Assembly: GCA_040767965.1 (NCBI GenBank)
Contig: JAXGNR010000004.1
Coordinates: 544,001-608,000, forward strand
Direction of reading: 5' to 3'
Length of the DNA stretch: 64,000 nt
DNA from: Atribacterota bacterium
GTDB taxonomy: Bacteria; Atribacterota; Phoenicimicrobiia; Phoenicimicrobiales; Stramentimicrobiaceae
Part shown: piece by piece, positions 20,325 to 30,100 of the stretch
Layout of the letters: each line of letters opens with the position of its first letter
Numbering within the stretch: position 1 is the stretch's first letter
The notes under the pieces: generated by a model
Database searches by the model: none
What the model saw: the letters and a program-made list of their open reading frames with translations, nothing else
What the model was told of the DNA's origin: nothing
Translations under genes and position numbers: made by a program

Positions 20325-21165
20325 AGCAAGGTATACAGGATTTTGTTTTGGAGTAAAAAGGGCAGTTGACAAAGCAAATGAAGCTTTAAAAAAATATTCC
20401 GATGAAGATATTTATATGCTTGGAGAAATTATTCATAACCCTCAAATTATTATGAAATATAGAGAAGAGGGTATGAAAATTGTTGAAAATATTTATCAAG
20501 TACCTTCAGACAAAAAATTAATTACCAGGGCACATGGAATGTCAAAACAAGAAAAAGAAGATGCTCAAAAAAGAGATATTAAATTGATTGATACTACCTG
20601 TCCTTATGTTAAAAAAATACACCTTTTAGCGAATGCTTTGGTAAAAGAAAAATACAAGCTTGCTGTTTATGGCAATCCAAACCATCCCGAAATTAAAAGT
20701 CTTTTGAGCTACTTTGCTGATGATGTTCTGGTATTCCAGACTAAAAAAGAAATAAATCCTGATATTTTCTCAAAAAACAAAAGAATTGGTTTAATATCAC
20801 AAACTACTCAGGAATTAAAAAAATATACAGATATTGCTAAAAAAATATTAATGCATGTAGATGAATTAAAAGTTTTTAATACAATTTGCAAAGCAACATC
20901 TTTGAGACAAAATTCGACATTAGAATTAGCAAAAGATGTTGATTTGTTGATTGTAGTTGGTGGAAAAAATAGCGCTAATACCAAAAGACTATTTTGTTTA
21001 AGCAAGGAATCGGGAATAAAGGTTTATCATATTGAAAGCGAAGAAGAGTTAAATAAAAAATGGTTCATAGGCAAAGAAAGAATTGGAATAAGTAGTGGTG
21101 CTTCTACTCCTGATTGCATTACAGAGAAAGTAATCAATAAGATAAAAGATATCTCAAAAAAATAA
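20311..21165 (+). CDS. ispH: 4-hydroxy-3-methylbut-2-enyl diphosphate reductase
   Basis: GFCFGVKRA, IIHN, RAHG, DTTCP, NTIC.AT, GASTP; three Fe-S cysteines present. Confidence 0.96.
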   Translation: MKIVKARYTGFCFGVKRAVDKANEALKKYSDEDIYMLGEIIHNPQIIMKYREEGMKIVENIYQVPSDKKLITRAHGMSKQEKEDAQKRDIKLIDTTCPYVKKIHLLANALVKEKYKLAVYGNPNHPEIKSLLSYFADDVLVFQTKKEINPDIFSKNKRIGLISQTTQELKKYTDIAKKILMHVDELKVFNTICKATSLRQNSTLELAKDVDLLIVVGGKNSANTKRLFCLSKESGIKVYHIESEEELNKKWFIGKERIGISSGASTPDCITEKVINKIKDISKK

Positions 21166-21205
21166 CCAATAAAAATGCTATTTGATAGCAATATTATTGG
21201 TTATT
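21161..21205. terminator. bidirectional terminator-like hairpin between convergent ispH and rpmB
   Basis: AATAACCAATAA..TGCTAT-TTG-ATAGCA..TTATTGGTTATT. Confidence 0.6.
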
Positions 21206-21231
21206 AAAAAATAAATTTATATTTTTATATT

Positions 21232-21420
21232 TTATGCTACTTTTTGAACTTTGCCTGATTTTAAACATTTTGTGCATACATTAACTTTACGGATCGTTTT
21301 ATCAATAACAACCTTTACTTTTTGGATATTAACAGACCATTTACGGTTACTCAACTTGTGAGAATGACTTATTTGTTTGCCAAAAAGAGGTGTCTTACCA
21401 CAAATATCACATTTTGCCAT
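21232..21420 (-). CDS. rpmB: 50S ribosomal protein L28
   Basis: MAKCDICGK.P.FG..ISHSH..SNRKW..N...VCTKCLKSG; AGGAGG RBS on the minus strand. Confidence 0.96.
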   Translation of the reverse strand: MAKCDICGKTPLFGKQISHSHKLSNRKWSVNIQKVKVVIDKTIRKVNVCTKCLKSGKVQKVA

Positions 21421-21560
21421 AACTACCCTCCTGATAAAATATATAATCTTGAAAAATTACAAAATCTATTTTATCATAAAATTAGGAAAATAATCAAGTA
21501 AAACAATAGTATAAAAAAATATATTTATTTTAGTGAAAAATATTTCGAAAAGGAAAGATA

Positions 21561-22109
21561 ATGAAGATAATTGCAGGATTATATAAAGGATTCTCATTAA
21601 AAACATTTTCAGGTAATGATATAAGGCCTACTCCCGGCAAAGTCAGGGAAGCCTTGTTTGATATTCTTGGTTTTAAAGTAGTTGAAGCTGATTTTTTAGA
21701 CGTCTTTGCTGGAACTGGAGCTATTGGCATTGAAGCATTTAGTAGAGGCGCTAAAAGGGTTACTTTTATTGATAATAATAAAAAAGGAATAAAAATAATT
21801 CAGGATAATTTAAAAAAAATAAACAAAGTAGATTCTTATGAAATATTAAATATCGATTTTTTAAAAGCAATAAAAAATATGGATATGCAAAATAACAAAT
21901 TTGATATTATCTTTCTGGATCCTCCCTATAATAAGCAATATGTCGAAAAATCATTGTTAGCTTTTGATAAAACAATACTTCTAAAAAAAGACTCTCTTTT
22001 AATAGTTCAACATGATATTCATGAAAAAGCACAAATTAATTTGCAGAACTTATTTTTTGTAAAAGAAAAAAAATACGGGAAATCTTTATTATCTATCTTT
22101 AAAAGTTAA
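21561..22109 (+). CDS. rsmD: 16S rRNA m2G966 methyltransferase RsmD
   Basis: MKIIAG, RPT..VREALF, LDVFAGTGAIGIEA.SRGA, DPPY. Confidence 0.95.
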   Translation: MKIIAGLYKGFSLKTFSGNDIRPTPGKVREALFDILGFKVVEADFLDVFAGTGAIGIEAFSRGAKRVTFIDNNKKGIKIIQDNLKKINKVDSYEILNIDFLKAIKNMDMQNNKFDIIFLDPPYNKQYVEKSLLAFDKTILLKKDSLLIVQHDIHEKAQINLQNLFFVKEKKYGKSLLSIFKS

Positions 22110-22139
22110 AACTAAATTAGCAATTAAAAAGGAGTTATT

Positions 22140-22622
22140 ATGATAAAAGCAGTTTATCCCGGTAGCTTTGACCCAATAACTAATGGTCATCTTGATATTA
22201 TAAAGAGGGCAAGCAAAATATTTGATAAGGTTATTGTAGTCATTGCTGTAAATTCACGTAAAAAATCTTTTTTTACAACTGAAGAAAAAAAAGACATGAT
22301 AGAAAATGTTGTTAAAGAGGTTGTTGGAGTAGAAATACAATCATTTGACGGATTACTGGTAGATTGTGTTAAAGCTAATAAAGCAAAGGTAATACTAAGA
22401 GGAATGCGGGCAATATCCGATTTTGAATATGAATCCCAGTTTGCCTTGATCAATAAAAAAATGGCCCCTGATATTGAAACTGTTTTCATGGTAACAAGTA
22501 CCAGATATTCATACTTAAATTCAAGCATAGTAAAAGAAATAGCAGCTTTAAATGGTTGTATAAAAGATCTTGTTCCAGAATATGTTGCCCAAAAGTTACA
22601 AAAAAAATTAAATATAAAATAA
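22140..22622 (+). CDS. coaD: pantetheine-phosphate adenylyltransferase
   Basis: YPGSFDPITNGHLDII.RA, RG.R..SDFEYE, SS.VKE. Confidence 0.97.
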   Translation: MIKAVYPGSFDPITNGHLDIIKRASKIFDKVIVVIAVNSRKKSFFTTEEKKDMIENVVKEVVGVEIQSFDGLLVDCVKANKAKVILRGMRAISDFEYESQFALINKKMAPDIETVFMVTSTRYSYLNSSIVKEIAALNGCIKDLVPEYVAQKLQKKLNIK

Positions 22623-22623
22623 T

Positions 22624-23904
22624 TCAATTTTCTAGAATGATTGGTTTACTGGTAAAATCTTTTCCTGCAAATCTTTTATTTTCCAGCTGATAAGCGAGGG
22701 TATAAAGTTTGGTTGATAATATATCATAATTTATCATCTTGCAAACAACTGGGTCTTTATTATTTTTTACAAAATTTGCAAATTTAATAATAACAGGTAT
22801 TTTGGAATTATCTTTTATTTTTCTTAGAATTTTTTTCCCGTTATTATTAAACCCAAGTATTCTGCAATAAAGCGGACCAGATTCATTAAAAACATCGATT
22901 TCATTTCGGGTTATATTAAACATGCTATGGATAAGAATTCTTTGTATCTTTGTTCTGGTATATCTTTTAGTTTTAATATTTTGAATAAGACTTTCAATGC
23001 TGTATGAATTTATAACTTCTTCTATAATCCTATTTTCCAACCCTTCGTGAATACCATTTATATTTTTTAGTTCTGATCTGGTAATTCTTCTCAGTATAGC
23101 CATAATGATAATCTCGAAATTTTGCATAGAAACAGGATTAACATTTTCATTTAATTCTTTCAAAAATATTTGATAAGAAGAATCAGGTATTGCAGATTTT
23201 ATTTCATTTAAGGGGTATAAATTTTGATGATAATTGTCAATTATTTTTTTCCTGACAGCAGTGGCACTGGAATACTTTCCTTCCAGTATATTTTTTGAAT
23301 AATTCGAGCCAATTCTTTTAATAAGAATTGGCTCAAGAGGGCTATTAATACGCAATAGGGATTGTAAATATTCTAGCGCTAAAATATTATTCGGGTATTT
23401 TAAAATATTTTTAACTATTTTCATAAAATTATCATGACCAAAATTTTTTAAATAATATTCAGTAACCGCATTTTCTATAACCTTAGGATAAGTGAATCCT
23501 TTTTTAAATTCTGCCTTTATAATCTCACTTAAAAAATCTGGCTCATCTTTCAATAGTTTAGCTAATAAATAAAAATAATCTAAGTTAGTTTCTTCGCATC
23601 CAAAAGAAATATAATCTATTACATTAAGGTCGTTTAATATTTTTACTGCTGCTTGGGCAAATTTTTTTGCATACTGAGTAGCAAAAACAAAAGGCAATTC
23701 TATCACTAAATCAACACCAGCATTTAAAGCCATGTTAGTTCTAACCCATTTATCCAATATGGCAGGCTCACCTCTTTGCAGAAAGTTACCGCTCATGACA
23801 GCTACTGTAAAGTCATTTTTAGCTATTTCTTTTGTTTTTTTCAAATGATAAAGATGCCCATTATGAAAAGGGTTATATTCAGCGACAATACCTGCTATAG
23901 ACAT
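22624..23904 (-). CDS. tmcAL: tRNA(Met) cytidine acetate ligase (YlbM nucleotidyltransferase)
   Basis: GIVAEYNPFHNGH, MSGNFLQRGEPA, PNNILALEY, SATAVR, KTKRYT. Confidence 0.9.
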   Translation of the reverse strand: MSIAGIVAEYNPFHNGHLYHLKKTKEIAKNDFTVAVMSGNFLQRGEPAILDKWVRTNMALNAGVDLVIELPFVFATQYAKKFAQAAVKILNDLNVIDYISFGCEETNLDYFYLLAKLLKDEPDFLSEIIKAEFKKGFTYPKVIENAVTEYYLKNFGHDNFMKIVKNILKYPNNILALEYLQSLLRINSPLEPILIKRIGSNYSKNILEGKYSSATAVRKKIIDNYHQNLYPLNEIKSAIPDSSYQIFLKELNENVNPVSMQNFEIIIMAILRRITRSELKNINGIHEGLENRIIEEVINSYSIESLIQNIKTKRYTRTKIQRILIHSMFNITRNEIDVFNESGPLYCRILGFNNNGKKILRKIKDNSKIPVIIKFANFVKNNKDPVVCKMINYDILSTKLYTLAYQLENKRFAGKDFTSKPIILEN

Positions 23905-23996
23905 ATTTACCTCGAAATAATCATATTTTTATGATATAATTATACCGTATTTTTTCTAATACACTATAAGAAGTTTTGAAAGGGTTGATTTTATTT

Positions 23997-25007
23997 ATGA
24001 ATATTTCAGAAAACATAAGATTAAAAGCCAAGCAACAGATAAAAAAAATTGTTTTACCTGAAGGTGATGAACCTAGAGCAATAGAGGCTTCTAAAATAAT
24101 CTATCAAGAGGAATTTGCTGAAGTTATCTTATTAGGAAATGAAGAAAGTATTAAAAAAACTGCTGAAGAAATTAATGTAAAGTTACCAGAATCAATTACA
24201 ATAATAGATCCAAACTTATCAGATAAAAAAGAAGAATATGCAACTTTATATTATAATATTCGAAAAAATAAAGGAATGACAATCGAAGAAGCCAAAAAAC
24301 TTTTGTCAAATCCACTCTATTTTGCTGCACTTATGGTTTATAATGATGATGCAGATGGTCTAGTTGCCGGATCGGTAAATTCAACTGGCGATGTTTTTAG
24401 ACCAGCATTGCAAACAATCAAAACATCTGACAATGTTAAAATAGTTTCAAGCTCTTTTATTATGATTATACCAAACTGTTCTTATGGTGAAGATGGTGTT
24501 ATTTTATTTGCTGACTGTGCTTTATTCCCGGATCCAAATGCAGAAGAATTAGCAGATATAGCAATTGCCAGCGCCAAAACTGCTAAAACACTTTTAGGAA
24601 TAGAGCCCAAAGTTGCAATGCTCTCTTTTTCTACCAAAGGGAGTGCAAAACACCCTTTAGTAGAAAAGGTTATCAAAGCAACGAATATTGTTAAAGGGAA
24701 AGAGCCAGAATTAAAAATTGACGGTGAATTACAGGCTGATGCAGCTTTAATTCCGGAAATAGGAAAAAGGAAAGCCCCGGATAGTAAAATAGCCGGAGAA
24801 GCTAATGTATTAATATTCCCTGATTTACAAGCGGCTAATATTGGTTATAAATTAGTAGAAAGACTTGCTAATGCAGAAGCTATTGGTCCTATATCTCAGG
24901 GGATGAAAAAACCTGTAAATGATTTATCAAGAGGGTGTTCTGTTGACGATATCGTAAATGTAGTAGCAATAACTGCACTACAAGCCCAAGAGACTAAAAA
25001 GGTTTAA
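23997..25007 (+). CDS. pta: phosphate acetyltransferase
   Basis: IVLPEG.E.R, FADCA..PDP, AMLSFST.GS, DGELQADAA, NIGYKL, NDLSRGC. Confidence 0.96.
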   Translation: MNISENIRLKAKQQIKKIVLPEGDEPRAIEASKIIYQEEFAEVILLGNEESIKKTAEEINVKLPESITIIDPNLSDKKEEYATLYYNIRKNKGMTIEEAKKLLSNPLYFAALMVYNDDADGLVAGSVNSTGDVFRPALQTIKTSDNVKIVSSSFIMIIPNCSYGEDGVILFADCALFPDPNAEELADIAIASAKTAKTLLGIEPKVAMLSFSTKGSAKHPLVEKVIKATNIVKGKEPELKIDGELQADAALIPEIGKRKAPDSKIAGEANVLIFPDLQAANIGYKLVERLANAEAIGPISQGMKKPVNDLSRGCSVDDIVNVVAITALQAQETKKV

Positions 25008-25034
25008 ATATTTTGTTATGAAGAAATATTTAAG

Positions 25035-25063
25035 TTGCACATTTCTTAATAATTTTATATAAT
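25035..25063 (+). promoter_or_regulatory. sigma70-type promoter for rpmF
   Basis: TTGCAC-N17-TATAAT. Confidence 0.55.
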
Positions 25064-25127
25064 ACTAAATTGTCAATTATTGTTTTCAGTTATTTTTCAA
25101 CTAATTTGTTTTAAAGGAGGAAATACA

Positions 25128-25328
25128 TTGGCTTGCCCTAAAAGAAAAACATCAAATTCTAGAAAAAATAAAAGAAGAACTCATTGGGTTGAGAAATCAA
25201 TCAACTTAATAGAATGCCCAAGATGCCATGAGTATAAACGCCCGCACCACGTTTGTCCTGCCTGTGGATATTACAATGGTGAAAAAATAATACAAGAAAA
25301 AGATGCTGCTGAAAAAGTAAAAAGTTAA
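25128..25328 (+). CDS. rpmF: 50S ribosomal protein L32 (Zn-ribbon type)
   Basis: TTG start after AGGAGG; MACPKRKTS..R..KRRTHW...CPRC...HHVCPACGYY. Confidence 0.96.
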   Translation: MACPKRKTSNSRKNKRRTHWVEKSINLIECPRCHEYKRPHHVCPACGYYNGEKIIQEKDAAEKVKS

Positions 25329-25362
25329 AAGATATTATAGATAATAATATTTAAGTTAATAT

Positions 25363-25421
25363 TTACAGTAAAAAACTTAAAAAATGCCTTTTAATGGCAC
25401 TTTTTAAGTTTTTTACTGTAA
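25363..25421. terminator. 26-bp-arm inverted repeat after rpmF, terminator-like
   Basis: TTACAGTAAAAAACTTAAAAAATGCC-N7-GGCACTTTTTAAGTTTTTTACTGTAA, one mismatch. Confidence 0.7.
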
Positions 25422-25468
25422 CAAATTCTGCTATAGATTTTCGAAAACAAATTTATTTACATAAAAAC

Positions 25469-25497
25469 TTGATTTAGGAAATATATTTATATATACT
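25469..25497 (+). promoter_or_regulatory. sigma70-type promoter for fapR-acpP
   Basis: TTGATT-N17-TATACT. Confidence 0.6.
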
Positions 25498-25521
25498 ACC
25501 ATTTAGCAATAAGGGTAACGA

Positions 25522-25538
25522 TTAATAGTTGCTAATAA
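25522..25538. promoter_or_regulatory. putative FapR operator
   Basis: TTAATA-GTTGC-TAATAA matches the Bacillus FapR box TTAGTA-N5-TACTAA at 10/12 positions. It lies between the promoter and the fapR start. Confidence 0.5.
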
Positions 25539-25555
25539 AAAGAACTTTGTATAGT

Positions 25556-26146
25556 ATGAATAAAGAAATAAGACAAGAAAAAATAAAAGAAAAAATTGCC
25601 GAAAATCCATTTTTATCAGATGAGCAATTATCAAAATTATTTAAAGTAAGCATTCAAACTATAAGATTGGATAGATTGGAAATGGGAATACCTGAAATGC
25701 GAAAAAGGGTGATCAATCTAGCCCAAAAGGCCACTTCAAAAGTAAAAGCTTTAAATAAAGATGATATAATTGGTGATTTAATTGACATTGAATTAGGGAA
25801 AAATGGTATTTCGACTATGCGAACTACAAGGGAAATGGCATTTGATAAAAATGACCTTATAAGAAGTCATTATATTTTTTCCTTAGCAGATTCTTTGGCT
25901 ATGGCTATTATTGATTCTGATGTGGTGCTAACTGGAAGAGCTCGTTTAAGGTATAAAAATCCAGTTTATGCTGGACAGCTTTTAGTTGCAAAAGCTAGAA
26001 TAGCTGTAAAAAAAAGTAATAAATATTTAGTTTCTGTACATATTAGCAGTGATCATGTAGAAGTGTTTTCTGCTAAAATGATAATGGTATCTCTTGACAA
26101 AAAATCTAAAAAACCATCTTTAGATTTAATAGATTATAGGAATTAA
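25556..26146 (+). CDS. fapR: fatty acid biosynthesis transcriptional regulator FapR
   Basis: HTH NPFLSDEQL...FKVSIQTIRLDRLEMGIPE.R.R plus a hot-dog fold C-terminus. ATG at 25556 (track uses TTG 25529). Confidence 0.93.
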   Translation: MNKEIRQEKIKEKIAENPFLSDEQLSKLFKVSIQTIRLDRLEMGIPEMRKRVINLAQKATSKVKALNKDDIIGDLIDIELGKNGISTMRTTREMAFDKNDLIRSHYIFSLADSLAMAIIDSDVVLTGRARLRYKNPVYAGQLLVAKARIAVKKSNKYLVSVHISSDHVEVFSAKMIMVSLDKKSKKPSLDLIDYRN

Positions 26147-26158
26147 GGAGTAAATAAA

Positions 26159-26392
26159 ATGGAAGTATTTGATAAAGTAAAAAAAATAATTGTTGATCAG
26201 CTTGGTGTTGAAGAAGATAAAGTAAAAGCAGATTCATCTTTTATTGATGACTTGGGAGCTGATTCTTTGGATATAGTTGAACTAATAATGGCTTTTGAAG
26301 AAGAATTTGATATTGAAATTGCAGATGAAGATGCGGAAAAAATCAAAATTGTCGGAGACGTAATCCGGTACTTAGAAAAAAATGATAAATAG
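26159..26392 (+). CDS. acpP: acyl carrier protein
   Basis: [20 protein letters not shown] with the phosphopantetheine Ser. Confidence 0.97.
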   Translation: MEVFDKVKKIIVDQLGVEEDKVKADSSFIDDLGADSLDIVELIMAFEEEFDIEIADEDAEKIKIVGDVIRYLEKNDK

Positions 26393-26437
26393 ATTCTGTG
26401 AATGAGATTTTTGGCATTAAGATAATAAGGCGAATGG

Positions 26438-27163
26438 ATGTCTGATAAGCTTTCAAAAATAAACTTAGCTAATTTTGAAAAATTGCTAAATTATAAATTT
26501 AAATCTAATGCTTTGTTAATAAAAGCATTAACCCATTCATCTTATTATAATCAGAATAAAGCTGATAATTCTAATCACTTTCAAAGATTAGAATTTCTCG
26601 GTGATTCAATAATAAATTTAGTTACAAGTGAATATTTGTTTAAAAAATTTCCTTTTTTCTCTGAAGGTAAATTATCTAAATTAAAAGCTGCCATGATTTG
26701 CCAATCTTACCTGGTAAAATTAGCGAATACAGTGCAGCTTGAAAAATATGTAATTATCGGTAAAAGTGTTGACTTGAATAGAGGAAGAGGGAAATTTTCT
26801 ATTTTATCAGACTGCATAGAATCTTGCATTGGTGCAATATTTTTGGACAGTAATTATTGTACTGTAAAAAAAGTGATTAAAAAATTGATTGCTAAAGTGG
26901 AGGCCAATAAATTAACAGTAGACCAAGGTGATGTTTCAAAAGATTTTAAATCACTATTGCAGGAAATTACCCAAAAAAATATGGATTGCTTGCCTGAGTA
27001 TTTATTGGTTAAAGAAGAAGGTTCAGAGCATAAAAAATTGTTTACGATCGAAGTAAGAATTAATGGCCAGATATACGGAAATGGCATTGGAAAAAATAAA
27101 AAAGAGGCTGAACAAAATGCTGCCTCCCAGGCACTTAAAAAGATGGGAAAACATTTTAATTAG
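26438..27163 (+). CDS. rnc: ribonuclease III
   Basis: ALTHSS, RLEFLGDS, EGKLSKLKA; dsRBD with KS.LQE and G.GKNKKEAEQNAA. Confidence 0.95.
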   Translation: MSDKLSKINLANFEKLLNYKFKSNALLIKALTHSSYYNQNKADNSNHFQRLEFLGDSIINLVTSEYLFKKFPFFSEGKLSKLKAAMICQSYLVKLANTVQLEKYVIIGKSVDLNRGRGKFSILSDCIESCIGAIFLDSNYCTVKKVIKKLIAKVEANKLTVDQGDVSKDFKSLLQEITQKNMDCLPEYLLVKEEGSEHKKLFTIEVRINGQIYGNGIGKNKKEAEQNAASQALKKMGKHFN

Positions 27164-27178
27164 AAGAAGGTTCCTGAT

Positions 27179-30100
27179 TTGCATTTAAAAGAAATTCAGA
27201 TAAAAGGCTTTAAATCATTTGCGAATAAAATTAAACTTAATATTACTAATGGAATAACAGTAATTGTTGGTCCAAACGGATGTGGAAAGAGTAATGTTAT
27301 AGATGCCGTAAGATGGATACTTGGAGAACAAAATATGCGTTCTTTGAGGGGCAGTAATTTATCTGATATGATATTTGCCGGTAACAAACAGCAAAAAATG
27401 CGCAATGTAGCTGAAGTTTCAATAGTTTTCAATAATAATGATAAAAAATTACCATTAGACTCAGAAGAAGTTGAAATAAAAAGAATTGTGTATCGTTCTG
27501 GTGACACAGAAAACTATATTAATGGTTACCCTTGTAGGTTAAAAGAAATTAATGAATTATTTTTAGGAACTGGTTTAGGGAAAAACTCCTATTCAATAAT
27601 TGCCCAGGGAAAAGTAGAGTTTGTTTTGAACGCAAAGCCCTCTGAAAGAAGGGTATTATTTGAAGAAGCTGCAAGCGTATCAATATATAAAAATAAAAAA
27701 GAAAGTACTATTAAAAAGCTAGATAATGTTAATAGCAATTTAGCAAGAATCAATGATATCTTATCAGAAGTGCAGGAAAATCTTTCCTACTACAGGAAAA
27801 AAGCAGATGACTTAAAACTATATCACTCATATAGAGAAAAAATAAAAAAGTTAGATTATTTTCTTTTAAGCCAACAGTATTTGCTTTATGACAAAAACCT
27901 GAAAAAATACCAGCAAAAACTAAATAATCTGAGTGATGAAAAAGATAATATTGAAAAATATATAGCCGAGAAAAAAAACTATGTTAAAGAAATAGAATTA
28001 TCTCAAAATCAATTAATTAGCCAAAAAGATCAATTAGAAGAGCAAGTGTTAAAAAATAATGAAGAAAAAACAAAAAAGAACAATCAATTAATAATTGTTA
28101 GACAAAAAAAATCCGAAATACTTAATACAATCAAAGGGTTGAAAGAAGAACAGGAAAATACTCAAAAACAGTATATAAAATTCAATGAAACTGTATCTGC
28201 GATAGAAAATGATATTGCCAATGCTACTCTCAGTACAGAAGAAATAAAAGAAAGAAAAGAAAGAGAAGATCTTTCTAAAACAAGTTTTATAAATATATTA
28301 AAAAAATATTCTTATTTTATAGATACTTTGGAAAAGAATAAAAATTATCTTATAGAAAATTACATTAACAGATATAAAGAAGAAATAATTAAAAATGAAG
28401 CAATTGAAAAATCTTTAATGTTTTCAATAAAAGATATTGAAAGAGAAATCAATATTAGCGATAAACAGAAAAAAGAAAACATTCTTACAATTGAAAAATA
28501 CAATAATAATATAAAAATTTATGATGAAAAAATTAATAATTTGCAAAAAGAAATAGAAAAATTAAAAAATGAGTTAATGCAAAGCGAAATATCATTAAAA
28601 AAAGAACAAAATGAATTAAAAGATTTGCAGAATGATCTTCTTTTAAAGAAAAAAGAAAAAGATTTTTTAGAAGAACTATTAAAGAATCGAGAAGATAATG
28701 TTTTTGGTAAAACTCATAATTTAAAAAAATATTTTTCAGATAAAGAAGTGCTAACCAGTTTATATGAAATTATTAAAGAAGATCCGTTTAATTTAACGAT
28801 GCTGTTCTCTTCAATTTATACAAATAAAGATAATATATTAAAAATTAATTCGCCGAAAGAGCTAGAAGATTTGATACATGTTAAAAAAAATATTATAAAA
28901 TGGAATCTTGATCAGGTTATTGCAATATACGATAACTGTGATTTTTTAAATATACTAAAAAATAGAAAAGAAAAATATAGTAATATTCTGAAAAAATATA
29001 GAATAAAAGGTTTTGCAAATGATATGGTCAGATACCACAATAATTATAGTAATATTATGGAATTATTTTTCGGGGATATTGTGGTTATTGAAGATCATCT
29101 CAATGCCTTTGACCTATTTAAAGAAATCCAGGGTGCTTTTAATGTTGCATCATTGGATGGCATTTATATAGGAAGTAATGGTTTTGTAATATTAAATTAC
29201 TTTTCTAAAAATAACAAAAAAGATACTATCAACTTATCTACTCAAAAAATTGATAAAATAGAAAAAGATATTTTTATTTTAAAAAATTCTTTGAAAGAAA
29301 AAGAATTATCTGCCAATGCTCTTAAAAAAAGGAATAATGAAATCCTTATAAAAATGAAAAAAATTGAAGACCTGTTAAACAATTATCAAAATAGTTTGCA
29401 AAAAGAAAAGAAATTGATTATTGATAATAATATTTTAGAATCCAGTTTGAATGATAAAGTAAAAAATTTAAATAATAAATTGCTTTCTGAAAAAAATAAA
29501 AGAGAAAATTTAGAAAAAACCACATCTTTATTTAATAACAAGATTAAAAAAATAGAACAGTATTTAGAAGAACAACATAAACTTTTTAAATTAATATCTT
29601 TTATAAAAGAGCATTGCTTAAATGAAATACAGTCTTTAAATAAAAAAATAGAAAGCTATAACATAAAAATGCAATGGAATTCTGAAAGAGATATTCTCCT
29701 GAAAAAACAAAAAAATGAAATGATTCAATTCATTCAGAATTACCAACAAGAAGAAAGCAACAGGCAGGGGAAAATACAAAAATTAAAATTAGAAGAAGCT
29801 GATTTGATCTCAAAAGAGTCAGAAATGATTGATGTTTATAATAAATTAGAAAATATACTGAACAAAATAAATTCTGATAAAATAAAAATACTTGCGAAAA
29901 TAAAAGAGCACGACACATCATTAAAAGATCTCAGGATAGATATTGAAAATACCCAAAATAAAATAGAAAAAATAAAAAATTATTATTATGAAGCTGAAAT
30001 GGGAAGAGTTCAAAATGAAGAAAAAATTAAATATTTATTAGAAACTATAAAAAATCAATTTAACTCAACAGTTGACGAAGTATTATCATACAAAGATGAA

